DNA of 64,000 nt from an uncultured Methanosarcinaceae archaeon (GCA_963847185.1 CAWJYV010000010.1:732151-796150); one strand, 5' to 3'. Positions 24,131 through 34,824 are shown, numbered from the stretch's first letter. Made by a program: numbers and translations. The notes: generated by a model not told the origin, from the sequence alone.

Positions 24131-25493
24131 GCGCTTCTTCAACCTTCGTGAGCGCCCGTTCGCGCTCAGCCCTGACCCCGACTACCTGTACCCGAGCCGG
24201 GTTCACCGGGAGGCGCTGGGCTACCTGCGCTACGGCATCGAAAGCCAGGCGGGCTTCGTGTTGATCACCGGCGAAATCGGGTCCGGCAAGACGACGCTCC
24301 TGCAGGCCCTGCTGCGGGGCCTCGACTCGCAGACAACCGTCATCCGCCTCATGAACACGCTGCTCGAGCCGCGCGAACTGCTCGAGGCGATTGCCATCGA
24401 CCTCGGCTTCGAACCGACGTCGACGAGCAAGCCCGTCTTGCTGCGTGAACTCGCTACGCGGCTGGTGGACGAGCGGACAGCGGGCCGGATTGTCCTGCTC
24501 GTCATCGACGAGGCGCAGAACCTCGGGCTTCCCGCGCTCGAGGAGATTCGCATGCTGTCGAACCTCGAGACGGAAAAGTCGAAGCTGGTGCAGATCGTGC
24601 TCGTCGGGCAGCCGGATCTGCGCGACAAGCTCAACCTGCCAGTCCTCGAACAGCTGCGCCAACGCATCACGGTCAGCTATCACCTGGCGGCCCTCGACGC
24701 CGGCGAAACCGAGGCGTACATCAACCATCGCCTCCGTCGCGCCGCGCTTGGCGCACCACTGCAGCTGACCCGCGACGTCACCGACCGCATTCACGAGCGG
24801 TCGCGAGGCGTGCCTCGCCTGGTCAACGTCATCTGCGACGCCGTCCTCGTCTTCGCCTATGCCGAGGAGCGGCACGGGATTGACCGTCCCCTGCTCGAGG
24901 AGGCCCTCGGCGAGCTGGAAGCGACCGGCGTGCTCCGACCGCCGGAACCCGCCACCGTTCCGGTGGAAGTTGCCGAGAGCATGCCGGAACCAGACGCGTA
25001 CCGTCCCGCGGTAGCCGTCGCGCAGGAGGCACTGCCGCCTCCCTCGCCGGCGAACCACGAGGCGGAGGTCGGGCACGTCCAGGAACTGGTCGAGAAGGAA
25101 GCGACGCTGCGAATGAAGGAGCAGCAACTGGCGCGGCGCGAAGAGCAGCTCGCCGAGCAGCGGCGAGTGCTGGCCGAGGAGTATCGCCTCTTCCGCGGCC
25201 GGCAGTCGCGCGATCTCGCGGTCATGACCCTCGAGCGAGACGAGCCTTACGGAGATTGGCCCGCCGCCGCGCCCTGGCCACCGGCCCACCCGGCCCCGGC
25301 CTCGGCGTCGAAAGCGATGGCAGCGCCGGTCGCCACTTTGTCCCCGTCGCGGACGGCGGGCGCCCGGATTGAACAGAAAGCGGTCGCCTCACAACGGTGG
25401 ACATCTCAGGCGCCGCCTCGACGTCGCTTCTGGCGGCGCGTGAAGCACCTGCTGCTGGGATTCTCGGAGCCCGTCATGGAGGATCGTTCCTGA
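24123..25493 (+). CDS. ExeA-like AAA ATPase (PEP-CTERM/XrtA system-associated type) with C-terminal coiled coil
   Basis: MYERFFNLRERPFALSPDPDYLY, GEIGSGKTT, LVIDEAQNL, LVGQPDL, GVPRLVNVICD. Confidence 0.9.
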   Translation: MYERFFNLRERPFALSPDPDYLYPSRVHREALGYLRYGIESQAGFVLITGEIGSGKTTLLQALLRGLDSQTTVIRLMNTLLEPRELLEAIAIDLGFEPTSTSKPVLLRELATRLVDERTAGRIVLLVIDEAQNLGLPALEEIRMLSNLETEKSKLVQIVLVGQPDLRDKLNLPVLEQLRQRITVSYHLAALDAGETEAYINHRLRRAALGAPLQLTRDVTDRIHERSRGVPRLVNVICDAVLVFAYAEERHGIDRPLLEEALGELEATGVLRPPEPATVPVEVAESMPEPDAYRPAVAVAQEALPPPSPANHEAEVGHVQELVEKEATLRMKEQQLARREEQLAEQRRVLAEEYRLFRGRQSRDLAVMTLERDEPYGDWPAAAPWPPAHPAPASASKAMAAPVATLSPSRTAGARIEQKAVASQRWTSQAPPRRRFWRRVKHLLLGFSEPVMEDRS

Positions 25494-25505
25494 GCGGACG
25501 CGGTC

Positions 25506-26660
25506 ATGAAAGCCCTCTTCTGGATTGCTGCCGCCATCGTTCTCTACGTCTACGCAGGCTACCCGGCCTTGCTGGCCGTTTGGGCACGCCTCCGGCCGGC
25601 GCGCGGCACGCGCAATGCCGGCGGGGAACTGCCATCGATCAGCATCGTCGTCGCAGTTCGCAACGAAGCACCACGTCTGCCGGGACGCCTCAACAACCTC
25701 CTCTCGCTCGACTACCCGAAGCGTCTCCGCGAGATTGTAGTGGTGTCGGATGGCTCTGACGACGAGACCGAGCAGGTGCTGCGCCCGTACGCCGCCGACG
25801 TCCGGACGCTGTTCCTTCCTCCGGGCGGCAAGGCCGCCGCGCTCAATGCCGGGGTGGCAGCCGCGCGCCACGATCTAGTGGTGTTCGCGGATGCGCGTCA
25901 ACGATTCGCGACGGACGCCCTCCGGCAACTGGTGCGGCCGTTCGCCGACTCGTCCGTCGGCGGCGTATCGGGCGAGCTGATGATCGATGCCGACGAGGCG
26001 GCGTCGGCCACGATGGCAAACGGGTCGGCGGTCTCCGAAGGCGTCGGCGTTTATTGGCGGTACGAGAAGTGGCTGCGGCAGCACGAGAGCGACATCGGTT
26101 CGACGCTCGGGGCGACAGGGGCCATCTGGGCCCTGCGGCGATCGGCTTGGCGGCCGCTCCCGCCCGAGACGCTGCTGGACGACGTACTGGCCCCGCTGCG
26201 CGCTGTGCTGGACGGGTACCGGGTCGTCTTCGCCCCCCTCGCCCGCGCTTTCGACCGCAGTTCGCCCGACGCCGACACTGAACGGCGGCGCAAGGTGCGC
26301 ACGCTCGCGGGTAACTACCAGCTTCTCAGTCTGGAGCCGCGACTGCTGCTGCCGGTGGTGAACCCGGTGTGGCTGCAGTTCGTGTCGCACAAGCTCGGGC
26401 GGCTCGTTGTCCCGTACGCCCTCGCTGCCCTGCTGGTTTCCAGCGCGGCCCTTGCACCAACCGGAGCGGTATACGCGGCAGCGTTGACTCTCCAGGTGCT
26501 GTTCTACGTGCTCGCGGCCCACGGGGCCGTGATCGCACTCGCCTCCGACGACGAGGTAGAGCGAGCGGCGACAACGGCGCACGCTGGCGTCGCTCGGACC
26601 TCATGGAATCCGGCGTTGGCCGGTTACGAGGACCGCCGCGAAGAAGGAGTTCGTGAATGA
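25506..26660 (+). CDS. Glycosyltransferase family 2 (membrane-anchored, IcaA/PgaC-like)
   Basis: YVYAGYP, VVSDGSDD, GKAAALNAG, FADARQ, YWRYEKWLR, LLDDV, RRKVRTLAGNYQ. Confidence 0.9.
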   Translation: MKALFWIAAAIVLYVYAGYPALLAVWARLRPARGTRNAGGELPSISIVVAVRNEAPRLPGRLNNLLSLDYPKRLREIVVVSDGSDDETEQVLRPYAADVRTLFLPPGGKAAALNAGVAAARHDLVVFADARQRFATDALRQLVRPFADSSVGGVSGELMIDADEAASATMANGSAVSEGVGVYWRYEKWLRQHESDIGSTLGATGAIWALRRSAWRPLPPETLLDDVLAPLRAVLDGYRVVFAPLARAFDRSSPDADTERRRKVRTLAGNYQLLSLEPRLLLPVVNPVWLQFVSHKLGRLVVPYALAALLVSSAALAPTGAVYAAALTLQVLFYVLAAHGAVIALASDDEVERAATTAHAGVARTSWNPALAGYEDRREEGVRE

Positions 26661-26770
26661 AAGGTGTGATTGACCGGCTGTCGCGCGTGGCTTTCACGTT
26701 CGCGCTGATGAACTACGCCGCCATTGCGGGCTTGGTCGAGGCCGTTCGCGGCCGGCGGGTCTGGCGGTAA
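26657..26770 (+). CDS. 37-aa single-helix membrane peptide
   Basis: MKGVIDRLSRVAFTFALMNYAAIAGLVEAVRGRRVWR; AAGGAG RBS upstream, ATGA overlap with the GT2 stop, 2 nt before the next ATG. Confidence 0.65.
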   Translation: MKGVIDRLSRVAFTFALMNYAAIAGLVEAVRGRRVWR

Positions 26771-26772
26771 TC

Positions 26773-28392
26773 ATGGAACGACTGACCTTCGGGTATGGCG
26801 TCCCGCGACGGCACGTGGACACTCCCGAAGTGCGCCGGCCCTACGAACCGCCGCCCGAGGATCAGATCCACGCGGTCGTCGCGGACCCGCTTCCCGGCGA
26901 GAGCAGCGACTGGGCCTACTTCGGCCTGCTCGCCTTCACCGCGGTGCTCTTCTTCCGGCCGCAGGACCAGCTTCCGTTCCTCGAGCCGCTGCACCTGGCG
27001 GAACTGTCGGCCATCGTCGGACTGACCGCCATGGCCGTGAAGCGCCTCGTGCGCCGGCTGCCGCTCGTTCACGCGACGACGGAACTGTGGGGCCTGGTGG
27101 CGTTTGGCCTCGTCCTGGTCGGCACCACCCCGTTCTCGTTCTGGCCTGGCGGGTCGGTCGAGGTGATCACCGGCATGTACCTCAAGGTGCTGCTGATCGT
27201 CGTGCTGATGATGAACTCGCTCAACACGCCCACCCGGCTCCAGCAGTTCACGTGGCTCGTCGTGCTCGCGTCCTCGTACATCTCGACGCGCGCCGTGATC
27301 GACTACCTGCGCGGGGTCAACCTCGTCGAAGGCGGCCGCGTGGCGGGCGCGGTGCGCGGCATCTTCGGCAACCCGAACGACCTGGCGTTGAACATGGTCG
27401 TCTTCCTGCCATTCGCCGCCCTGTTCGCCCTGCTCGCCATGCGGCGCCGTCCCGCGGCGGCGCGCGTCAAGCGAACCGGGAGCGGCCGCCAGCGACCGCG
27501 GGCGGCGGCGGCCTTCGGCGTTCGCCTGCTGGGGGCAGCCGCGGTGGGCGCGATGCTCGCGGCGATCATCTTCACCAAGTCGCGCGGCGGCTTCCTCGGC
27601 CTCGCAGCAATGGTCCTCGTGCTGCTGTATTACGGCCGCCGCCTGAAGCCGGGACTCGCCACCGCGGCCGTGGTCGTGATGGTCGCGATGCTCCCGCTGC
27701 TGCCCACCTCCTTCTGGGCTCGCATGAGCAGCATCACGGATCCCAGCGAGGACGCGACGGGATCGCGCCAGGCGCGGCGGCAGGTGATGACGGAAGCGGC
27801 GCAGGTCTTCGTGGAACGCCCGCTCACCGGGATCGGCGCAGGACAATTCAAGAACTACAACCCGCCCGGGAAGATAGAGCGGTGGCGGGAGGCCCACGAC
27901 GTCTGGCTGCAGGTCGCGTCGGAGACGGGGATATTTGGCGTCCTGGTGTTCGGTTACTTGGTCTTCGCGGCGTTCCGGGCCGCGCTGTGGTCGCGGCGAC
28001 GCCTGTCAAACTACGCCAAGGCGACCGGCCAGAAACTGTCGCGGCTGCGGCGTTCCTCGAGGACGGACAACGCCGACAGCGCGACGCCCCGAAAGGACGG
28101 GCTGGCCGTGCCTTCGTCCGCGCCTGCTCTCGTGGAGTCCACTGATCTCGGGATCCTCCATCTTCACGCGAGTGCGCTGGTGCCGAGCCTGGTGGGCTGG
28201 TTCGTCTGCGCCATCTTCGCCTCGGTCGCCTACAACTGGACCTTCTACTACTTGCTCGGCCTGTGTGTCGTGACGCGCGATTTGACGCGTGCCGCCCTTG
28301 CCGCCCGGTCCTTCGAGGCGCCCGCGTCGCAGCCGGCCGGTTCCGCCCGTCATCGCCGCGCCCCGTTGCCGGCCGCCGCCCCGGCCAGTTGA
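26773..28392 (+). CDS. O-antigen ligase/Wzy-like polymerase
   Basis: GIFGNPNDLA, TKSRGGFLGL, PLTGIGAGQF, AHDVWLQVASETGIFG. Confidence 0.88.
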   Translation: MERLTFGYGVPRRHVDTPEVRRPYEPPPEDQIHAVVADPLPGESSDWAYFGLLAFTAVLFFRPQDQLPFLEPLHLAELSAIVGLTAMAVKRLVRRLPLVHATTELWGLVAFGLVLVGTTPFSFWPGGSVEVITGMYLKVLLIVVLMMNSLNTPTRLQQFTWLVVLASSYISTRAVIDYLRGVNLVEGGRVAGAVRGIFGNPNDLALNMVVFLPFAALFALLAMRRRPAAARVKRTGSGRQRPRAAAAFGVRLLGAAAVGAMLAAIIFTKSRGGFLGLAAMVLVLLYYGRRLKPGLATAAVVVMVAMLPLLPTSFWARMSSITDPSEDATGSRQARRQVMTEAAQVFVERPLTGIGAGQFKNYNPPGKIERWREAHDVWLQVASETGIFGVLVFGYLVFAAFRAALWSRRRLSNYAKATGQKLSRLRRSSRTDNADSATPRKDGLAVPSSAPALVESTDLGILHLHASALVPSLVGWFVCAIFASVAYNWTFYYLLGLCVVTRDLTRAALAARSFEAPASQPAGSARHRRAPLPAAAPAS

Positions 28393-28406
28393 TCACGGAG
28401 CCGTCC

Positions 28407-30622
28407 ATGCCAACGCCTGCGCCGCGCCTCTCCGTCAGCGTCGTCATCCCGGCCTTCAATGCCGAGTCGTCGATCGATGCGGCCCTCGAGTCCGTCTTCG
28501 CGCAGTCGTATTCGCCTTGCGAGGTCATGGTGGTCGACGACGGCTCCGAGGACGGCACCGCCGGCCGATTGGACGCCTGGCGGGGGCGCGTGCAGGTGAT
28601 TCGACAGGCCAACGGGGGACCGGGACGCGCGCGCAACGCGGGCATCCGCGCCACCAGCGGCGACCTGGTCGCGTTCCTCGACGCGGACGATACCTGGCTT
28701 CCCGGCAAGCTGGCGTTGCAGGTTTCCTATTTCGAGCGGTTTCCACAGACCGGGTTGCTGCACACCGCCGCACTGGATGCATCGGCGCCGGCAGCAGCCG
28801 ACGTCGTCTGGAACGGGCCTGACGCTGGCCCGCCCCGCGGCATGTTCTGCGAGTTGTTCCACACCGAGATCGACGTGAACACGCTGACCGTCATGGTGCC
28901 GCGCGCCGTGCTCGATGCCGTCGGGCTGTTCGACGAGCGGCGCGAGATTCACGTCGAGGACTGGGACCTGTGGCTGAGGATTGCTGCTCGGTACCCGGTC
29001 GGCTACCTGCCCTCCGCCACCGCTGTGCGCGCCGCGGGCGGCGTGATGAGCAGCGCGCTCGAAAAGACGTTCGACGGCCAGGCAGAGGTCATCCGCAAGA
29101 CAATCCCGCTCTGCGACGCCGCGTGTCCGACCCATTCGGCGCATGCGGCCTCCTGCCTGAAACGGCGCTGGCACCGCTTTGAGTGGGAGCGCGGCTACGC
29201 GCGGCTGCGGGCCGGCGACACCCGCGGGGCGCGCGCCTCGTTCGTCACGGCCTTGCGCTGGCGGCCCTTCGATGCGCCCACCTGGCTGCAGGTCGCATCC
29301 GCGCTTCTGCCCTGGAGCCTCAGGCGTGCGGCGCGCGGCCTGCGCCAAGCGGGGAGAAGTGCCGCTCCGTCCCGGGCTCCCGAGCATCAACGATCGCTCG
29401 TCCACGACACGTGGTACCGGCGCGCGCGGCACGTCGCCGCGGAACGCGCACACGACCTGGACGATCTCCGTGTCACACGGCGGCGACCGGCGGCGAATCC
29501 TCTTCCAGGCCGCGACGCCAATGAGCTTCGTGATCTTCCGCCCCGTGTACGAGCGCCTCCGCAGCGACAAGCGCCTCGAGTTCTGGTTTACCGCGGGCGG
29601 CAGCACCTGGTCGCCTGAGGCGCTATATGCACGCGTGGGCATACGTGATGGCGTGATCCCGGCGAAGTCCGCCGCGTGGATGAAGGTCGACGCTTGCATC
29701 AACACGGATTTCTGGGACACGACCTGGCTTCGCCGCCGTACCTCTCGGCTCCATCTCTTCCATGGTGTGGCAGGCAAGTACGGGCTCGATGCCCCGATTG
29801 AACTCGCGCCGATCGTCGCGGCATACGATCGGCTGTTCTTCCCCAACCAGGACAGGCTCGACCGGTACGCCGACGCAGGCCTCGTCTGGAGGGGCGGGCG
29901 ACGAGCGGTCCTCGCCGGCTATCCGAAGGTGGACCGGCTGGTGGACGGCACGTTGGACGTCAGTGTGATCGTGTCGAGTCTCGGTCTCGCACGCCGGCAC
30001 CCGACCGTCATCTACGCGCCCACGTGGTCGCCGCACTCCTCGCTGAACCACTGCGGCGAGGAGATTGTCGACCGGCTGGCCGCCAGCGGCTTCAATGTCA
30101 TCGTCAAGCTCCACGACCGGTCCTACGACCTGACGCCGCGCGGCTCGGGCGGCATCGACTGGGCGGCGCGCTTCTCGAAGTACGCAGGGGTGCGACAACG
30201 TGAGGGTGGTCGCCGACCCCGACTCCACCCCCTACCTGGCCGCATCGGATGCCATGGTCACCGACCACAGCTCGGTCGGCTTCGAATTCGCCCTGCTCGA
30301 TCGGCCTATCGTCGTCATCGATTCACCGGAACTGATCGCCGGCGCCCGCGTCACGCGATCGAAAGTAGTCGAACTGCGGGAGGCGGCTGAAGTGGTGCCG
30401 TCGGCGCGCGAGGTGGTGGAGGCCGTCAGCCGTCAGCTGAAGGCCCCGCGCTTGCACAGCGAGGAGCGGCGCACGCTGGCCGGCCGTTACTTCTACCGGC
30501 CGGGAACCGCAACGGCACGGGTGGCAGACGTCATCTACGACGTGCTCGGTCTCGAAGCCCCCGCGCACAGCGCGGTCGAGAGACGGGAGCGGACCACGGC
30601 GCTCGCGCCGGCGGTCCGGTGA
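28407..30622 (+). CDS. GT2 domain fused to CDP-glycerol:glycerophosphate transferase (TagB/TagF-like) domain; indels ~29475 and ~30195
   Basis: SVVIPAFN, VVDDGSED, AFLDADD, EDWDLWLR; then FHGVAGKY, GYPKVDRL, IYAPTW, VKLHD, SDAMVTDHSSVGFEFALLDRP. Confidence 0.75.
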
Positions 30623-30648
30623 GGAATCCAGTGGGCGAGTCTCCAAAG

Positions 30649-31608
30649 ATGAACGACTGCACGCCGACGATTAGCGTCATCGTCGCCACTCACTCGCGCC
30701 GGGCGCTCCTGGCGCGTACGCTCGATGCACTGGTGGCCCAGGAGTGGCCGAAGGACAAGCTCGAAATCGTCGTCGTCGACAACGACTCGACCGACGACAC
30801 GTATGCCTTCGTCGATCAGTTGATGCGGAGCCACGCGGTCCCCTCGTTTCAACTGGTGCAGGAGAAGCGGCGTGGCAAGACCTTCGCGGTGAACACCGGT
30901 CTCCGAGCGGCGAGCGGCGATCTCCTGGCGTTCACCGACGACGACGTGGTGCCGGAACCGCAGTGGCTGCGGGCCCTGAATGGCGCGCTCCAGGAGACCG
31001 GCGCCGACTTCGCGGTGGGACGCATCCTTCCCCTTTGGGAAGCCGCGCCGCCATCGTGGGTCGGCCCCGCACTCCATGGCGTGCTTGCCATCCCGGACAA
31101 CGGCGGCACGCGGCTGGAGTTGCGGTCTGGCGTGAACGAGCACGTGATGGCGCTGGCGGGCAACCTGGCCGTCCGCCCGCGAGTCTTCGCGAAAGTCGGT
31201 GCATGGCGGACGGACCTCGGGAAGGAGCTTGGATCGTTGCGCAGCGGGGAGGACCACGAGTTCTTCCTGAGGATGATCCGCGCGGGTACCGAGGCGTGTA
31301 CCGAGCCGGAGGCCAGGGTCGCCCACCTGGTCCCGGCCGCGCGCCTGCGGCGCTCGTACTTCCGCCGCTGGTTGTATGAGAACGGGCGGATGGTGGCCGG
31401 ACTGGAACGCGCCTTCCCGTCGACGCCGCGGTACCTGCTCGGTATCCCGCGCTACCTCTGGAGACAGGCGGCCACCGACGCGATCCGGTTCGTCGCCGCT
31501 CTCAGGCCGCGCGCGGGCCGCGCGAGGTTCGCTGCCGAAACACGAATGGTGTGGTTCGTGGGGTTCCTGCGCGGCGCGTGGTTCGAGCGCCTGCGCACGA
31601 TGGGATGA
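30649..31608 (+). CDS. Glycosyltransferase family 2
   Basis: VVDNDSTD, GKTFAVNTG, FTDDD, SGEDHEF; alternative GTG start at 30619. Confidence 0.9.
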   Translation: MNDCTPTISVIVATHSRRALLARTLDALVAQEWPKDKLEIVVVDNDSTDDTYAFVDQLMRSHAVPSFQLVQEKRRGKTFAVNTGLRAASGDLLAFTDDDVVPEPQWLRALNGALQETGADFAVGRILPLWEAAPPSWVGPALHGVLAIPDNGGTRLELRSGVNEHVMALAGNLAVRPRVFAKVGAWRTDLGKELGSLRSGEDHEFFLRMIRAGTEACTEPEARVAHLVPAARLRRSYFRRWLYENGRMVAGLERAFPSTPRYLLGIPRYLWRQAATDAIRFVAALRPRAGRARFAAETRMVWFVGFLRGAWFERLRTMG

Positions 31609-32591
31609 GGATGACGATTAGCGTGATCATCGCAACGTACAACCGGGCCGGGGTACTGGAGCCCTGCCTCCGCGCCATGGAGAGGCAGGCATTCCTGCCC
31701 GGGGACGAGATCGTGGTGGCGAACAACGGATCGACAGATGCCACCTCTCGCGTCGTCGAAGAGGCCTCGGTCCGAATGCCCGGGCGGGTCCGGCTCGTCA
31801 CCGAGATGCGTCCGGGCAAATCCCACGCGGTGGCGACGGGCGTCGCCGCATCCCGGGGCGACGTGCTCGCATTCACCGACGACGACGTGCTCGTCGCCGA
31901 CGACTGGATCGCCTGCATCCGCCGCGTCATGGCGCGGGGGGACGTCGCACTCGTCGGCGGACCGGTGCTGCCGATGTACGCCCGGCGCGTGCCGGACTGG
32001 CTGGACCTCGCGGGGACGACGGGCTTCAACCGCATGGGCGCTCCACTGGGACTTTTGCATTACGGTCATTCCGCGGCTCCGCTCGGCCCGCGAGTGGTGC
32101 TGGGCGCGAACGTGGCGGTGCGCCGGGACGCGTTTCTGGCGGTCGGCGGATACCCGTCGCACCTTGGGAAGCTCCGCGGCACGCTGCTGTCCGGTGAAGA
32201 CCACGAGCTGTGCGAGAGGATCAGGGCGGCCGGGTTCTCCGCGGTCTACGACCCGTCCGTCCGGGTGCGCCACCGTGTTCCGCCCGAACGGGTGACGCCC
32301 GCCTATTTCCTGCGGTGGTTCTTCTGGTCGGGAATGACGCACGCGGTCATGGATCACGCGCACCCGGCGACACCCGCGGGTCGGCGAGTCCTCGGGGTGC
32401 CGGGGCACATCGTCCGGGAGTTCGCGGAAGCGAGCGCGCACACCGTTCTGGCGGGACTCCGCGCGTCGTGGCACACCATGGCGCAGCACGCCACTCGCGC
32501 GGCCTTCGCCGCCGGTTACGCATGGGCGATCTGGGCGGGAGGCGCGTCGAGACATCTGCCGTCCGGCCGGCAGCCGCTGGAGGCGTCATGA
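31605..32591 (+). CDS. Glycosyltransferase family 2
   Basis: SVIIATYNR, NNGSTD, FTDDD, LLSGEDHEL. Confidence 0.9.
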   Translation: MRMTISVIIATYNRAGVLEPCLRAMERQAFLPGDEIVVANNGSTDATSRVVEEASVRMPGRVRLVTEMRPGKSHAVATGVAASRGDVLAFTDDDVLVADDWIACIRRVMARGDVALVGGPVLPMYARRVPDWLDLAGTTGFNRMGAPLGLLHYGHSAAPLGPRVVLGANVAVRRDAFLAVGGYPSHLGKLRGTLLSGEDHELCERIRAAGFSAVYDPSVRVRHRVPPERVTPAYFLRWFFWSGMTHAVMDHAHPATPAGRRVLGVPGHIVREFAEASAHTVLAGLRASWHTMAQHATRAAFAAGYAWAIWAGGASRHLPSGRQPLEAS

Positions 32592-33709
32592 ACGTCTCGG
32601 CCGTTACGGTTCTTATCTGTACCTACAACCGCAGTTCGTTCCTGGACGAGACCCTCGCCGCGCTCCTCGCCGCACCCCGGCGCCCGGATTATGACGCGGA
32701 GTTGATCGTCGTCGACAACAACTCGACGGACCAGACGCGGGCGGTGGTGGAACGGGCGGCGGCGACGGCCTCACTCCCTGTTCGCTACGCATTCGAACCG
32801 CGGCAGGGAAAGAGCTTCGCGCTGAATCGCGGCCTGCAGATGGCGCGCGGCGACGTGATTGCCCATACCGACGACGACGTCTGGCCGGAGCCTGCCTGGC
32901 TGGACCGCATCGTGGACGCCTTTCGGACGAATGAGATCACCTTCGCCTTCGGCAAGGTCCTGCCCCGTTGGAGCCAGCAGCCGCCGGCCGAACTGCTGTT
33001 GCCACGAGCGCACGAGATTTGGGGGCCGCTCGCGATCCTCGATTACGGCGACGAGAGAGTGCCGTACCTGCCCGACGAGGAGGGCCAGCGACTCCCCGTC
33101 GGCGCGAACCTCGCCTTCCGCCGGCAGACGCTCATCGACATCGGCGGCTGGCGGACCGACCTGGGAAAGGTGAACAACACGCTGATCTCCGGGGAAGACC
33201 ACGAGATCTTCCACCGGCTCAAGCGCCTGGGCGCTTACCGGGGCTTGTACGATCCCTTGATCGCCGTGCGCCATTACGTCCCCGCGAGGCGGCTCACTCG
33301 CCGGTACTTCCGCCGCTGGTTCTACTGGCACGGCAAGACGCTTGCGCGCATGCCGCAGGAGATCTTCTACGACCTCGACTTCGCGCGGGTCCCTCACGTG
33401 CTTGGTGTCCCACGCTTCCTCTACCGGCAGTTCCTGACCCAGCTCTGGAGTTACGCGCGCATCCTCGGCAGCCGCGACGCGCTGTCGGTCCTGATCGAGG
33501 AGCTACGCACGGTCCAGCATCTGGGCTATTTCACACAGTGCTGGGAATGGTCGGTTCGCCGCAACCGCGAGCCCTTGCCGATGCCGGAGAGCGGGACGTT
33601 TCTCGATCCGGCCGTCGGGAGCGACGGCGCTAGGGCACCGGCGGGCCCGCGACCCAAACCATTCGCCGGGACGCTTAGCGTCAACGACGGCAACCGGACG
33701 CGAGCCTGA
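32588..33709 (+). CDS. Glycosyltransferase family 2
   Basis: VLICTYNR, VVDNNSTD, GKSFALNRG, HTDDD, ISGEDHEI. Confidence 0.9.
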   Translation: MNVSAVTVLICTYNRSSFLDETLAALLAAPRRPDYDAELIVVDNNSTDQTRAVVERAAATASLPVRYAFEPRQGKSFALNRGLQMARGDVIAHTDDDVWPEPAWLDRIVDAFRTNEITFAFGKVLPRWSQQPPAELLLPRAHEIWGPLAILDYGDERVPYLPDEEGQRLPVGANLAFRRQTLIDIGGWRTDLGKVNNTLISGEDHEIFHRLKRLGAYRGLYDPLIAVRHYVPARRLTRRYFRRWFYWHGKTLARMPQEIFYDLDFARVPHVLGVPRFLYRQFLTQLWSYARILGSRDALSVLIEELRTVQHLGYFTQCWEWSVRRNREPLPMPESGTFLDPAVGSDGARAPAGPRPKPFAGTLSVNDGNRTRA

Positions 33710-33714
33710 GCGGC

Positions 33715-34824
33715 ATGCAGAGACCCATCAACGTCGCGATCGTGGCCCCGAGTTTGGGGATCCTCGGAGGCCAGGCAGTCCAGGCGGACCGGCTGCTGGC
33801 GGGCTGGAAGGGCGATCCTCACGTGCGCGCATGGCTGGTTCCGGTCAATCCAGCGCCGCCCGGTCCGCTGCGGCACCTGGTGCGAGTGAAGTACGCGCGG
33901 ACGCTCGTAACGCAAGGCACGTACTGGCCGACGCTCGTCCGCGAACTGCGGCGCGCCGACGTCGTCCACGTCTTCTCCGCCTCGTACTTCTCGTTCCTGC
34001 TCGCGCCGCTGCCCGCCATCCTCGTGGCCCGGCTCCTCGGGCGGCCGGTCGTCCTCAACTACCGCAGCGGAGAGGCGCCGGATCACCTGCGGCGGTCGGC
34101 GATTGCGAGGGTCGCAATCCGGACGTGCGAGCGCAACGCCGTGCCCTCGTCGTTCCTGGCGGGTGTCTTCGCGGAGCACGACATCCCGTCACGCATCATT
34201 CCCAACACGATCGACGTCGATCGTTTCGCCTTCCGGGCGCGCGCCCCGCTGCGTCCCGCGCTCGTCTCCACCCGGAACTTGGAGCCGATGTACAACGTCG
34301 CGCTCACGCTCGAGGCGTTCAAGCAGGTGCAGGCGAGGTTTTCGAACGCGACGCTGGCGCTGGTGGGCGCCGGCTCGCAGGAGGCCGCGCTGAAAGATCT
34401 CGCAGCACGCCTCGCCCTCAGAGGCGTCTCGTTTCTAGGCCGCCGGGCGCCGGAGGACATGCCCGAGGTGTACGCCTCCGCTGACGTCTACGTGCAGACG
34501 CCGGACATCGACAACATGCCGTCGTCGGTGCTGGAGGCGTTTGCGAGCGGCAACCCGGTGGTATCGACGAGCGTTGGCGGCGTCCCCGCGATCCTCGAGG
34601 ACGAAGTCCAGGGGCTCCTGGCGCCCGCCGGGGACGCGGATGCCGTCGCCAGGCAAGTCCTTCGCCTGCTCGAAGAACCACCTCTTGCGGCCCGGCTGGC
34701 CCGCACCGCGCGCGAGTCGTGCGAGCGCTATCGCTGGCCCCATATCCGCGCGCAGTGGCTCGCGCTCTATCGCGAGCTCGTCGAAGTTGGCGCACCCGCC
34801 GGCGCGGAGGTCCACGGCACATGA
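33715..34824 (+). CDS. Glycosyltransferase family 4
   Basis: GGQAVQA, STRNLEPMYNV, DNMPSSVLEAFASG, TSVGGVP. Confidence 0.9.
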   Translation: MQRPINVAIVAPSLGILGGQAVQADRLLAGWKGDPHVRAWLVPVNPAPPGPLRHLVRVKYARTLVTQGTYWPTLVRELRRADVVHVFSASYFSFLLAPLPAILVARLLGRPVVLNYRSGEAPDHLRRSAIARVAIRTCERNAVPSSFLAGVFAEHDIPSRIIPNTIDVDRFAFRARAPLRPALVSTRNLEPMYNVALTLEAFKQVQARFSNATLALVGAGSQEAALKDLAARLALRGVSFLGRRAPEDMPEVYASADVYVQTPDIDNMPSSVLEAFASGNPVVSTSVGGVPAILEDEVQGLLAPAGDADAVARQVLRLLEEPPLAARLARTARESCERYRWPHIRAQWLALYRELVEVGAPAGAEVHGT

